63,370 nt of DNA, filler included, from Folioceros fuciformis (GCA_049999805.1; 4 parts of 3 records of this genome joined end to end with filler, not necessarily neighbours in it), one strand, 5' to 3'; positions 1 to 13,520 are shown, numbered from the whole stretch's first letter. Numbers and translations: made by a program. Notes: a model not told the origin generated them from the sequence alone.

Positions 1-557
1 ATGGTAGGTAGGTTGACTTTAATGAAATTTATAACCATATGCATGGGATTTATGTTGAAAGCATCTATAATTGGAACCAAATTGGTAGATGTAAGGTGAT
101 GGTCTTCTGTTTTTTTTTCAATAAACGTATCGATGGATTTCAACGTAGTTTTCATGAGAAGCACGATAGACTAAACAAAATAAGCTGTTATACGTAAACC
201 CTAAATTTAATTATATTTAAATACTTATTAATTCATATAAATATATATAGTAAAAAATAATCCAATAATAATATATTTTTAATTATATACTTGGTACGCA
301 ACCATTTGTATTGTGGTCTACTTAGTAGTACACGGAATTCTTGTTGTAGGGCCTGAATCATCCGGGTTTGGACAAATAAAAGATGAGGAAGAATTTTATT
401 ATAAGTATACTAAGAAAATTCTTCTTGGAGAAAAATTCTATTGGACAAGAATTTTATTAGAGTCTAGTAGGAAGGCTAAGATTGGATTTTGGTCATGGAT
501 GCAGTGCTTAACAACTTGTGCCTTAATATTTTGCGTGGTGGCTAACAAGTTGTATCC

Positions 558-639
558 TAGTATGCTACACTGGCACTTGGTACTTAACAACTTATATCTA
601 GTATGCTACACTGGCACTTGGTACTTAACAACTTATATC
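558..639. repeat. 41-bp tandem duplication
   Basis: TAGTATGCTACACTGGCACTTGGTACTTAACAACTTATATC occurs twice head-to-tail. Confidence 0.9.
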
Positions 640-655
640 GTGGTATTCTAACTGA

Positions 656-764
656 TACTTCCTTCAAAGGGCATCCCTACTTCTCAAAGGGCATCCCTAC
701 TTCTCAAAGGGCATCCCCTACTTCCTTCAAAGGGCATCCCCTACTTCCTTCAAAGGGCATCCCC
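656..764. repeat. minisatellite, 5 copies of a 20-23 bp unit
   Basis: TACTTC(CT)TCAAAGGGCATCCC(C) repeated five times with no spacers. Confidence 0.9.
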
Positions 765-1149
765 ACCTCCCCAGACCCATCTCCGTATTGATGTAAGTGC
801 TGTCACAGTGCATCTGCCCATCCACGCACAAATTACTCAATCCTTCAGTTATTATAAATGTGTGTCCATGTAGTCGAAGTATCTGACCGAAAAGCCGCCA
901 TGCGTGCAAGCAAGGAAAGGAAATGATAGGTCAGAAGTAGGTGTAGATTCTCTAAACTCAAATAGGGGAAGAGAAGAAACGCTACGGTGAGTCCAGACAC
1001 GAAACCCAATGAAACAAAAATGTTTCTGTGTTACGTTTTGCACCTGCTCCCTTTTGTGTCGGAATTCCTCTTGCAGCCGAGCTCTGTGAGTAGACCAGCT
1101 CAGGCACGAACACTAGTACTAGTACAGCATCCCCAATCACGTCTGTAAT

Positions 1150-4100
1150 CTAATTCAAAAGGGGTACCGCAAGTGGGTATAGAAAACCGGGAAAGTGATC
1201 ACCGGTGGTTGGGAATTGCGGGCGGCATTGTGGAATCCCCTTCTTCTCGTCATTGTCAAGAGTCTGGATGGCTTGGAAAATCTATTCCAGGCGTACACTC
1301 GTCCTTGCAAGCCGGGATAGTGTGTCTATGGCAGATTCGGTTGCGGATGCTAGACTGCTGAGAAAGGGCAGCGCAGTAGTCACGAAAAGGCTTCACGTAC
1401 CTCGTCTCTGACATGATGATGATAGACCCAGGGAAGCCATTGGATGGGGCCCCTTGCTAGCACCGCAAGAGCTTTATCACCACTAGCATCAGCAATTCCT
1501 ACTCAGGGGTTCACTCATATCCACAAGTGGACGTACCCAAATCATACAGCACGCTGGCTTCGAGAACTGACTGTTAACAAACCTGGGCGTCACCCCGGGG
1601 ATCCTGTGAAAGGCTCTGCTGGTGCATGCTGTTCTATTGCTTGCCTGGTCTGCTCAAACGATTTCCGATTTGACCTATCGTTTCAGCGTACTGCCCCGAA
1701 AGAGAACACCCGAAGATGTTGAGCCAGCACAAGTAGATTCCGGTCCACCACTTTCCTGGCATGAACATCGTTGGAGAGCCAGTTGCTCTTTCCAGCCTGG
1801 ACAGTAGTTGGGAGACTCACCTGGACGTCAGTCAAGCCTTCCGCCGGAACCAAAAGCACATCCTGCTCCTCCAGGATTCTAAAGATATGACCCACCACGT
1901 GACCTTCCATATGTGGAAGCCCTTCAGGACGCGAGGAAAGTCTTTGACAGGCTGCCAGCAAAAGATCAGGCGACAAACCGGCCCCACCCAACATTTTCTC
2001 GGATGCAACAGTGCTCCGTCCTTAGACATGAGTCATCCAGGTGTCCACTCCCGAAGGTAAGGTGAGCCGGAGCTCCCTCGTACTGTATGAACGTTCCTCT
2101 GGACAAATAATTTCGTTTGCATCGCCCCATGGAGGGAGGACTGTAAACCATGGGCCCAAGGAGCGTGTGTCCATCGCCCCACCGAGGGCTTTGGCAAACG
2201 CTATTTCCCGGACCTCCGTATTGTGACCGTGCCTCCCCTACTGGCAGACAGGGGCATCTTTGGGACATTGGGTATCTTCAGGGCAGACAACGGCGAGGGC
2301 CAGTTCCTTGGCCTGGCCCCCCACAGGATTGTTGCGCACACCACCACAGTGCAGATGGACTTTCATCTCCTAAAATTTTTTGTGAGGTCCTCATTCCCCA
2401 ACCCTTGAAGCAGTGTGATTGTCCCTATGTACTTTTTCAAAATCGAGAAACTACCATCTGTTTGAAGTCCTTGTCTTCAGAGTCTCCTTTCAAGTACAGT
2501 ACCCGGCCCTCCAAATCTGCTCGAAGCATTTCCACAAATACCATGCTGAAGCGAAAGTAGGAGCCCAGAACAATGTCTGATCTCCATTTTGAGATTCTTG
2601 TTATTCCTCCTCAGCTGTAAGAAAACATCCCCTTGGCATGCTCCGCATCGTTTAAATGCTTCACCTCTTACGCGTTCACACATGGGTGGAGTACTTGTGA
2701 AGCTTACACATGCTTCAATTTATGACAAGCTTATTCTGATTGATGATTGGCTTCCACCGTCGTCTGTTTCATTCGCTGATACATTTGATTGCCTGCTCAG
2801 AATCTCCAGTACTTGCCATATGTCTCATACAATTGCAGCCCGTTCAGATATGTTTGGAGAAGGACCATCGTCAGGAGCGGCAGCAGGTTAGGTTGGAAGG
2901 ACCGTCCTCGGGTGACAGTGTTGCACACATGGATGCCTCGAAGGATACAGAATGCTGCTCAACCTAGAGCATTCCTGCATGCATTAGTTCAGTGCAAAAG
3001 ATTCGGGTGCCTGAACTGGACAGCACTCGCATACCGGGTGATGCACGCAAGGACTGGGTTCGTTGAAGTTGGAACAGGCACTCTAGCGAGCACCTGAAGT
3101 TGACACAGGCTTTGGGGTTATTCCTTGGCTCTTCAAATGGGGAGCCTCGGGGATGCGCCAGGTGTTTTGCAGACAGCGAAAGAAAAGCGTGATAACCTGG
3201 AATGCTATGACTCCCAGGAGGATGATGTGCAGGAGGCCCTGCTCTTATTTGAGCACAAGTGGGAAGAGAGTTTCTCCCGATGGAGTCACCGTCTCTACGT
3301 GCAGCGGTTCTGACCTCTGGATATAGGGCAAGAGACTTTGACAGTCCAAGTCACGGGAGTTTCACATCAGCCAAGCGTGGATCATTGTGATTGCATGGTG
3401 GAGCTCCTTAGCTGTGCCGATCATTTCCATGAGACGACGCGACGTCATCCCGAGCATGCCATCACGACGCGACGTCATCGTGACTGCGAGGTGGTTGCGT
3501 GCGAGTAGCCGAACTGGGGAGGCGTGCTTTGGGCTCCATCTCAAATATAGACCCAACGAATGCAGCACCCATGTGTCCTGATGCAAAACGTGTCAAACGT
3601 GTATGCATCATCATAGGGCAGGTAGAGGACAAAGGCGACATCTTCAACCTGATGAAGCATGGCGGTGTGAATAAGGAGTGTGAGTGGAGCGTGACAATCA
3701 GGTTCATAGTTTTGTGGATGCAGACACTTGCCATCTTGAAAGAAGCCAAATTTACGCAAAGTCGATGGAGACGAATCCAGCAGGAATCAAAACCATTGAG
3801 CTCTGTGCTGGGAGGAGCACTTCGAAGGCACACCGAGCTCGCATTTCAAAGGCTAAGACTACTCTGCCACTCACTCCCAGCATTTTGAACAGACACAACA
3901 ATAGCGTCAGCGATACAATGGCAGATGGTTTGAGAGAAGGCAAAGGCACGCTACTATGGACTGCAAACCTCAAGCCTCTCTAGTAGACCACAAATACCGC
4001 GAGCAAACAAGAAAGGCAATCCGAGGTCTTCTGCTTCGAAGTTGCGTACGATCCCAACATGCTAGACCTAATTCACAGAAGCTGTGAAACGTGCGTCAGT

Positions 4101-4200
4101 GCGCAAACCGTAGACTCCTTGAGTTCCACTTCGATCCCTGCATCAAAGTCCCACTAGTGAGGCTTTAGGGTGGCAGGGTTTGCTCTTCTCTACAACTAAT
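1150..4200 (-). mobile_element. highly degenerate L1-type LINE remnant (ORF1-like segments and possible APE endonuclease end)
   Basis: Broken minus-strand frames give GFDSCWIRLHRL (resembles ORF1 VWIRLxxLP), YDDAYTFDTFCIRTHG (decayed zinc knuckle), GPWFTVLPPW, and GDHFP near 1195-1210 (resembles APE SDHxP). Many stops and frameshifts; boundaries approximate. Confidence 0.4.
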
Positions 4201-4960
4201 TCATGATGCAGGTTCTCACTTTGCCGTCTACAAAGACAAGGACATACTCACAGAGCGCATTCGCTGTACAAAAACCGCACGCCCTTTCCTCCTGCTAGCA
4301 CAGACAGACAGACAGATACACACATCACGCTCGCGCTTCAAGCCGTCTGATTCTTGCCAGCAAAAAAGCGTAGCGTTTCAATGATTGGGAATGAGGAGCA
4401 TCACCATTCCTTGTCCCTGTTGTGACTCGTTGCTACAAAGTGGGCCCCCGGGGATCTCCAGTCCATAGGAAAGTAGTCCGTAGTCCGTTCTCTGCGGCTG
4501 ATTTTCCTCTCAGACGTAGTGATCTTGTGCTCCTTTGATGGGTGGCTGGATCACAGAAATACACCTCGCATTTCCGTTCACCCACCACATACATAAAACA
4601 CGAATTTATTTACATATAATAAAAATAATAATTTAAATTATATATGAATGAAAATTCCAACATCAACTGTTTTCTATTATGAAGAATTGTTCTTCTTCAA
4701 GTTATTATTATCTCATTCATAAGCACTATAGTACTTCCCTACATTTGTGCCCTAGCTCTTCCTCAATGTTGTGTCTTGGTGTACATCACTTTCCTAATCT
4801 CCTTTCCAAAACTATAAACTTCATCTAACAATTTATAGAGAACTTGATAACTAAAGTTATATAAATACATATGTATATTTTTGCTACTGCTAATAATGTG
4901 TATTGAATATCTTTGTATCATCAGTTTAATATTTACCATCGTATTGTAATACGGATGTTA

Positions 4961-5542
4961 TCAAACACTCCAGTCCACAGTGCTCCAACAATCATCCCTT
5001 GTAGTGTAAGTGTAATTTGCGTCGCTAATCTTTGCAGGTTGCCTCACATTGGGGCAAAATCCAGGGTTATCCAAAGTATATGTTACATAACAATCTACAG
5101 CCAAATAAGACCCTTGACGACTCATTTCAAGGCCACACAACTCATGCACGATTTTGAAGGCGATTTTTGCAAGACAGTCATAACATTGTTCTTGACTAAT
5201 CATGGTAGGTTTTGGAGAATGACAATTCACAGATCCCCAAAATTGCCATGAATTTCTCGTAGAGAAAGAGGTGATTCTCTCATAAAATGGCATGTCCACA
5301 CGAAATCTATCAACCCCTCCCAAGACCAATGTCCTCATAGCTTGTAGTAAGAAACTTGTAATTGGGTCTCCCATTACAATGGGTATTCCACATGAATAAG
5401 TAATGAGTGTAATGTTGGGATAAGGCTGATTGTTTAACATTGGAAAGAGAGGCAATTTGTCTCTCAAAGTTATAGCATTGCATGTGATCAATAACATAAG
5501 TGATGAAAGTAGAAACTTTTGAAACATGAAAATGACCATCAT
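4961..5542 (-). CDS. secreted cysteine-rich protein with a single DUF26/Gnk2-like (stress-antifungal) domain
   Basis: Intronless 193-aa ORF with a hydrophobic N-terminal signal peptide (FQKFLLSSLMLLITCNA). WGSVNC-x12-CYDCL...ELCG...QGSYLAVDCYVTY matches the DUF26 pattern YGLxQC..CxxCL...C....G.....C.+RY. Confidence 0.7.
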   Translation of the reverse strand: MMVIFMFQKFLLSSLMLLITCNAITLRDKLPLFPMLNNQPYPNITLITYSCGIPIVMGDPITSFLLQAMRTLVLGGVDRFRVDMPFYERITSFSTRNSWQFWGSVNCHSPKPTMISQEQCYDCLAKIAFKIVHELCGLEMSRQGSYLAVDCYVTYTLDNPGFCPNVRQPAKISDANYTYTTRDDCWSTVDWSV

Positions 5543-6522
5543 ATATTATTATGAATTAATATAAATTACTAGTGAAAACGAACATAGTTATTAAGTTTGC
5601 ATGGTATCATCATAGTGCGGTTCAATTTGTATCATGGTCTCAATATCACGCAGCAGAATAAATAAATATCTACATTCAAATATAGACATGATTACTTTTA
5701 ATTTTTAATGTTTATGCTGAGTATAAATGAAATATGCTCCAAGAAAGATTTGTTTCGAGATTCGCAGCAAGTTAATAAGTTGTACGAAGAGGCAGCCCAG
5801 TTGCATAATATGGATGCCATTTATTTCCAATCTGAACTTCGGGCTCAAAGGGGAAGGTATGGAAGTTCTGGAATCTGTGCTTGGAAGCTGGCACACTTCA
5901 GCAAGAGACTGTCCGCCCAGTCCGCGGATGCAGATGCGGATGCTGAGAGGGAGTGAGTGTGAGAAATTCGTGCACATTCACGCACTCCTGCTCCATCACA
6001 TCCCACACCCTTTTGGACTCTGACTGCATCGTGGCCCACTCAATGTCGCAGTCAGGTAGCTGGTGCACACCTTCTAGCTGGCTTGATCCATCGCCAATCA
6101 GTTCGTTGCGTTTGCTTCCACCTATCCGCCTGAGTAGGCATGACACCGAAATCCAGCCCTCCAGTTCCAGATGCATACGTACTGTAGTTGATGCCCTGGT
6201 AAAAGGAGTTGAAGCAGAGGAAGAGAGCTTTGTCGAGGACAGTAGCTAGTTATTTAGAGACAACGCTGCACCATCCTCGATGGCCCTGCCAAAAACAGCT
6301 ACGAGCCACCTATAGATGGCAAAGCGAGCGTTCCGCACTCTGTACCGAGGGTCTGAGCCTCCAGTAGAGAGTCAGGGATGAGGGGATCTGTGCCCTAGGG
6401 CTGGCGATCTAATGTGCCCTAGGTCCAATTCGCCCGCGATCCAGCTGGCCAATTGAGTACCTAGTTTTCCTTGAAGGAAATCAGACCTTTCTCCTCCCGA
6501 TATCTCGATCCCATTTCAGCTT

Positions 6523-9500
6523 CTACGTAGCGTTCCCTTCCACCAAAGCTGGGTGACACTGATGCATTCGCTGATATGTCATTGTTTGCATTTCTATTAG
6601 CCTGGAAACCTGACAATGAAGAACCAGGATGCTTAGACTTTGTGAGAGCTGGAACGATACACTTATACACAAAATGACAACAGGAGAAGAACTCAAGGTG
6701 CGTCCAAGAGAATGAAACACCAGCTTACAGCACGATGGAAAGCAAAAACTTCTTCACGGCCCGAAAGCATGAATCGAATGCTTGCACGGTCCTTGGACGT
6801 AAAAGCAATTGGTGAGACATCTCCTGATTTGAGAACGTGGCTACGAAGTCGGATGCCTTCTGCTTCTGTTTCAAATTGCAAGCTGCACAGGAGAAGTGAA
6901 AATAAGCCGAAGGTGAGAAAAATCTTTTAAGAGTAATGATCACAGATTACCTCTCCAAGTCTATCAGAGGTTCTTCACCCTGGCCTACAAAAAGTTCGTC
7001 AACTGGTGCCTCAGCTGTGCATATAAGTCGGCAACGGTGATTGTAAAGTTCATCCACAAGTGTGATGAATCGTCTGGCCTACACATACGCCAGCCCTGAG
7101 TAGCCTCGAAAGAGAGAACCAGACAAATTTAAGGTTGCATGCACCGCTGTTGTACCACAACATACACGTTGCTACACATTCTAGTTCAATCACCTTGTCA
7201 CGAATCCGCATATTCATGATAGGGATGTCTTTTACGAATACAGTGTGGTAGTTCCTTGCAAGAGCTATGTAATCTGCTGCTCCAACCTGCTCAAGAACAG
7301 AGCGTTAGAGAGCAGTTCATCCTGTACACATCCGGATGCTGAAAGTATGCGTGCATGACGACAGTAAAGTATGATACTGACCGGCCTTTCACAAAGTTCA
7401 TCAAATGAGAACCGAGCTACTCCGGCACAACTTTCTCGAACCTCAAGCTCTCTGCATCGTCAAAGTGGTCACTTACTGAATACCACGTGCAAAACAAGAG
7501 CGTAAATTGAGTACACACTCAAGCTGGCCATTTGGCATTGAGTCAGGAAGTACCTTCCAAACATCACAGGAATAACTCTGGGAACAACTGCTTGACCCGA
7601 TTTCACGAGAGGTCCTACGATTTCCATCCACTTGCAGTTGAACGTTGCCTCAGAGTGGTGATTTAATGGCCAGAGATAATGCACTTTTTCTACCTGCACT
7701 CCACCTCCAAGTAGCTGAGAACAATCCACATGAAACTGACATATCGTTACACCATCATCACACACATACCAGTTCATCGGGTTTGCCGGCAATATATCTC
7801 CTGTAATCTTTATCTACTCCAACAAGCAATGGCCGGCAATACTGCTGCAATTCAGCTATGAAAGAAGCAAATATTTCCTTGTGTAAACCTTCCTGAAAAA
7901 GTCACGAGTAACATCAGGCACTACAAACTCATTAAGCAAGCCTGACTTCAAACAGGGGGACCCGAATGTACCCAACTTTATTAAGGTCGGAAGGAGCCCG
8001 ATTGCTTGTTGCGACCAGGATAGCTCCTCTTCTGAGAAGCCTACCAAGGATTCCAGAGAGAGCAACTGCTGTGAACACATCCACAACCTAGGACAAGAAG
8101 AAAGGTATTCAGGCGCGCCACTCTAATAGCTTCACGTTCACAAACTTCAAACTGATATCAGAAGTGAAGAAGACGAGAGTCCTAAAAATCTCTGCTAGCC
8201 AAAAATTTCCAGACTTAACTTAATGAGACAGTGACATCCGGAAGGGGCGAACTCGCCTGTACTTCGTCAAAGCACAACAGGCTTGCACCATGACTCGCCC
8301 TACTCCCAAGCAGCCTGTCAGCTACCTCATCCAGTATTCGTACATCCGACTTGTGCATCTCTTGAAACTTCCTCTCTTCCTCCAACCACTCTTCAATGGC
8401 CCTTTCTAAAGACAGAGAAGGAGGAGATTCACTTGCGACTGGTGTTGATGCATCTGCCACAGCCTTGCTAGGCAAATGGTGGTTCCCCAAACTATGCATC
8501 AACGCATGCACTTCCAACATTGCCTGACATGATAACCAAGCGATAGGTAAGAAATGCACAAATCCGAACGGTTACCAACATGAAAATTTCTGCCCTACGA
8601 CTTTTTCCCTAGAGAAGACTGGCAGTACCGCATGAAAGTGTAATCTGCGTCGTTGTTGAACAACACCTTCAGCAGATGTGAAGAGCATGTCCATCAACAT
8701 CGTTTTCCCTGCAGACCATCACGGAAATAAGACCAGCCTTCACATGTGAGGAAAGCACCTGACCCAAACACTTAGGAAGGAGAAAAGAAAGGCTGCAACA
8801 ATTCTTACCACAACCAACACGTCCATAGAGGTAGATTCCCTGAGGAGGACGAGGCGGTTCAGGTAGGGGACCAACAAGCTCATCTAGTACCTTCTCACGT
8901 TTCAGGTGAGCAACAAGCCTCCCTGCCCCAGGTTCAGCATGCTTTCTTTTGTGTTTCCTACTCTAGCAGAGACAAACAGAAGCAGTAAGGAAGACAAGAT
9001 GCAATGCACAGCAGTCTCCCCATCCAATTTTATATTTGAAATGTACTTCTCCACTCGCCAGATGACACACCTTATGAGCCACCGTTTGAGAAAACCTTGT
9101 CCATTGCCTGTCAGAAGCTCCAATCTCTGACGAGCTGTAGTTTCAGCTTCCTGTTTTAGCAATTCCTGTCTTCTAGAACTCCTTTCCGCTTGCCACTGAC
9201 TTAAAGTATTCTGAGATGCAAAACCAACACCCAAACGTGAGACTCAGGACCACTCGGCAAGTATTAGAGCAACAATGCGCATAGGATGAAATCAAGGACA
9301 AACATATCAACTGTCCAAATTACATGATACGCTCTCATCTTCTTCTGATGCTCTTTCATTTCCAGCAATAGCTCGTCTAATGATTTTGCCACCTCATGCT
9401 GTACAGGGTCGAATTGGATGAGGTTTTGAGAAACCATCATTTCATACTGATGCACTGGGCCTGCTTTTTCGGTCAGTTTGGCTGCAGGGAATGCGAGGAA

Positions 9501-9805
9501 ATTCCCAAGTCAGTATGGTAAACCTAACCAGCGGGTTTTCCCGGCTCTCCTCACAATGACATATCAGCACTTGCCCCAACATGTGCAAAATCCATATCTG
9601 GCAATTTGCAGCTTGAATTCAGCTTGCCTGCATCGGGTGATAGCAGCCTCTCTGATAATCTTGCAGCAAATGTCAATAAGGACCGAGAAGCAGGAACCAC
9701 AGTGTCTCCCACGGCAGGCCCTGAAGCCAAATACGTGAGCCATGCTTGCCGTGTGCAGCATACCCGCCACAGAAAAGGCAATGTGAAAGCCTTGCTCTTC
9801 AACAT
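6523..9805 (-). CDS. AFG1: AFG1-like (LACE1/ZapE family) mitochondrial ATPase, multi-exon
   Basis: Spliced exons give Walker A GIYLYGRVGCG|KTMLMD, RRLHFH, Walker B LLCFDEVQ, LVATSNRAPSDLNK, RRFITLVDELYN, EEVFAFHRA|VSRLIEMQT, stop at 6523. The start codon and first exon are uncertain. Confidence 0.9.
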
Positions 9806-10572
9806 GGTCAGATGCGGCTGCACAGGCTCCCAGCCCTCGTCTAGTACGTGATTGTAGGTGGTGACAACGTACAGGAATTTATAACAAGTTTAGGATAGAA
9901 AGTTAACCCCTGGATATTCGACCTTCAGTCAGCACAATATTCTAATTCCGTACTTCAGCGCTGCGCGACGAGACTGTTAAGCAACTCTGAGACTACCCTA
10001 CCTTGCGCGGAGTTTCCTCCAGTGGAATCCATGCCTATTTCCAGGAATTGGAGAACCGTCTAACACTCACTTGGGTATGTACTTCTTACAACTTTTCATA
10101 AGACCTATTAAGTAAAAGAAATATTAATTATAACAAAAATACTGCATGATAAATACTCACCTGGGTAGTTTCAATAAAAGTCTATACATAAGATGTATTA
10201 AGCAAAAAAGTATTATTACAATAAAAAGCCACAAACATCTCTTGAAAAATTATATAATGCGCTACTCTTGTCCTTAGGCTAACTTAACAAACAAAGATGA
10301 AGCCATGACTGTTGTTTGAAATTGTACCCTGAAATTCGTTAGAATTCATTGCCTTGAGATGTCAAGCATCGCAAAAGTATCAAAATTGTGCCATTGGCAT
10401 ATCTATGTAGAATACGTACTTAGCTCTAGCCTATATAGGGCAGCCCAATATAAACATTGTATCAAAGAGAACTTGAAGACTTTATAAAAAGAAAGAGATG
10501 GAGGTTCCATCTACCCCGTGATAAGGGGAACAACCCGCAAATTGGAAAAGCCAAGAATGGGGCGTAACCCCC

Positions 10573-11091
10573 TCATCCGCCTAACATGTAACTCCATATT
10601 GTCCCTAAGATGTCGCATTCGGGTATAAGGTATGGCCTACTTACCATCGGGGCCGTTGAATCCGCATATGCCGTGCTTGATGTTGTCCAAAAAATCGCGT
10701 TTGCCAAGGCCTTTTGTAGTGCAATCAAAGCCCGTTGCCGGAAAAATGCCACCACGCTGGATAGGGGAAGCCCTATGCCGCTCCTGCTGACGTGATGGGC
10801 CTTTGCACATGTCTTCAAAAACCTAGAAAACTCGTTACCTATGGCCCCATCCGTTTCAATAGCAAGGGGGATGAACAAGTGACCCTGCTACATGGGTTTG
10901 CGCTTGCCAGTCTTCCTTGTTGCGCTTCCTTCTGCCCTACCCAACCTGGGGGGTTGATAACGACGTATTCGCTGATGGTTGTCCTAGTGGGGTCGGTGAC
11001 CACCACATCCACTATAGAAACCTAGTCCCTCTTGGTTAGGAAAAGGTCTGCATTATGGGTGGCAATGCACTTGCTACTAAACAAGCTAGTG
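10573..11091 (-). mobile_element. 3' fragment of a non-LTR retrotransposon with a restriction-like endonuclease (CRE/R2-type)
   Basis: ADLFL...IVDVVVTDPT...(frameshift)...FIPLAIETDG...FLKTCA...FFRQRALIALQKALANAI is the typical RLE C-terminus; cut at 11091 by an LTR. Confidence 0.75.
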
Positions 11092-13060
11092 TGTTAGAAA
11101 AAGAGAGCAAAAAGCATGCACACAAAATAATAATAATTCTCATAACATAAAACACATTAAATACTAAGTGTCTTTTCTTAACTCCAATTAAGTTTAACAC
11201 TAAGGTAGGTTACATCTAAAAATAACACCACATTATTTAACACTCCCACTTAATCTACGCTTAAGTTAAAGTAAAACCATTTTTCACAACGGAAACTCAC
11301 GTAAAAGGAATAAGCCATAAAGGCCACGACTAAGCCTCATGTGCGAAATGAAGGTGCGAGTCCTCACAGGTGAGGTGTGGCCAACACTTTAGCTTCCCAT
11401 AGGGCTAAGTATGGAGATCGTGAGGGGCAGAGACAACAATATGAGGACATGCATCAACCCTTCACAAAAGCGCCATAGACAGAGCTCAGCACAAACACCT
11501 CCATGGCGCGCCTCAAACAGCAGAAGAGACCCCGGTACAGTTCCACATAGGAAAATCCACAAGAGAGCATCAACTTGGAGGATCCGACTTCATGCGAAAA
11601 TTGGTGGCCAATACAGGCCAATCATAATCGGATTGTTCACTAGATGGAGTGTGGGCAAGCGGGTGTGGTACCCCTACTAGGCACCCGCTCACATGTATCA
11701 TGGCCACATCAATCCCACAGTCGTTGTAGGCTTCCCCGAAATCGCACCCCTCTGAGCCTGGTCAGCTACGTCTATCGTTCCTCTACAATAGTCAACTCTC
11801 CCAACCACATACCTACCAACCTTGCCACACGTCCCGTTAGTAGGTAGGCACCATTCCTTCACTTGGAAGGGCCCAGTACCTCCCCTACCGACTTCTACTT
11901 TCCAATCACGCAACGCGTCCCGTCAGTAGGTAGGCACCATTCCTTCACTTGGAAGGGCCCCGATACCTCCCCCTACCGATTTCTACCTCCCTATACTCAA
12001 TACCTTTTCCTCACAAGGCTCCCTACGACACCTTCCTCAGCCCACAATCTTGCTGCTCATCTCGCTATGCCTAACAACCAAGTTTTTCTCCGAGCATGCT
12101 CCACTCCCTCCAACTCTGTTTATCGTTCGCCTACAACATTCAACCTTTCCCTACGCGTACCTTCAACACGTCTTGTCGATAGGAAGGCACACTTCCTTCA
12201 CTTGGAAGGGCCCCAGTACCTCCCCTACCGATTTCTACCTACCTACACCCAACACCCCTTCCTCACAAGTCTCCTCACAACACCTTCCACAGCAATCCAA
12301 CTGCTCGTCTCCCTGCGTCCAACACTCCCAACCAAACACCACAAGAACCTTTGCGATCGGCAACAGAAAGGGTACTCACAGCTCTCCCTTCTGCTAGGAT
12401 GTCCACGCAGGCTTACGAAAATTGGTTCTCTATTCGTCATGAAACACTTACAATCCAAAAAACTGCCTCCTTCCTCAACAATCCAACTGCTCGTCTCCCT
12501 GCGTCCAACGACCAACAAGTTTTTCCTTGGGCCGGTTGCTGCGTGCTTGTGCCTGTTAGCGAGAACTTCAAAGGAGTCTTTCCCTAGAGTCTACCCTCAA
12601 GCCAACAATCACACAGGTGTTATCACACACCTACAGCAACACAACAACCATTCACAAAGGAAGCAACTTGCAGGGGTGCCCATGGAAGAGTATGAGCCCT
12701 TCGCCAAGCACTTCAACCACTGCAACTCTAGCCACAACCATGCGTTGTGATGGCACACAGCCGGCAACGAGGTTCCTATGCTCTGCTGAGCATGAGAACT
12801 CGCCATGAGAAGAGTGCAGAATGTGGTGGTTCATTTCTTTGTGTAGCCCCTCCTTATAGGAGAGATCGACGCATGAACCCTCTCCTACATGTAGGTGGTG
12901 GGCTACCCTTCTCTCACACTAGGCGCCACCAACTTTAATTGCGCACACCTACCAAGAGGCTAAGACCTACCAATAGTTGCTAAGGTAGTGCGCGCCAATG
13001 AAGATTAGGACTGTCGGCTCCGCCATAGAAGATTCGTTGACCCCCTTTTCAAAAAGGTGT
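11092..13060 (-). mobile_element. degenerate Copia-like element, 3' part, with LTR at 11092-11242
   Basis: 151-bp TGTTA...TAACA segment preceded on the minus strand by PPT TAAGTGGGAG (11243-11252). Decayed RNase H end (DLHT*P.GK) and RT-like remnants near 12600-12950; internal ~85-bp repeats at ~11830, 11915 and 12170. Right boundary approximate. Confidence 0.55.
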
Positions 13061-13259
13061 GGCTAGGATGGCTCCTGAAGGGAGGCAGAGTCTGAAGGCT
13101 GAACAACTGGGCCCCCCTCCATTATTGGGATTCGTCTTCTTTTGGATCCACGAGCTTCCACCGTACCTTCCTCTATGCGTACCTCTTGGGCTATCCCCTC
13201 ACCAGCACCTACAGGTTTGGTAGGGAAGGGATCCCCTTGTTCCTCAACTTGAGGCTCCT

Positions 13260-13520
13260 TCCCTACGTAGGATGGGAATGTTCCCTCCGTAGGTAGAATA
13301 CTTGTTGCTCCCTTCGTAGGTAGGGTACTTGTTGCTCCCTTTGTAGGTAGGTTGCCTTCCCCTCCTCTCGTAGGTAGGTTCCCCTTTGCTTCCTTCGTAG
13401 GTTCCCTACCCCTCCCTTCGTAAGTAGGTTCTCTACCCCTCCCTTCGTAGGTAGGTTCCCTACCCGTCCCTTCGTAGGTAGGTTCCCTACCACTCCCACC
13501 CACTGTCATAGGTAGGCTGC
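13260..13520. repeat. ~27-bp tandem repeat array
   Basis: CCCTTCGTAGGTAGGTTCCCTACC-type units, which produce the repetitive GREPTYEG ORF. Confidence 0.85.

Noticed and set aside
656..764. CRISPR-like short direct repeats
   Set aside because: Units are contiguous with no unique spacers, and the context is eukaryotic with no cas genes
1127..4393. Possible TIR pair CATCCCCAATCA / TGATTGGGAATG
   Set aside because: Only 12 bp with a mismatch, no TSD, and similarity does not extend
5705..6250. Short ORFs downstream of AFG1
   Set aside because: No recognisable motif or splice structure; could be a fragment but cannot be supported
11863..12750. 295-aa plus-strand ORF
   Set aside because: Antisense to a decayed Copia and built from local repeats
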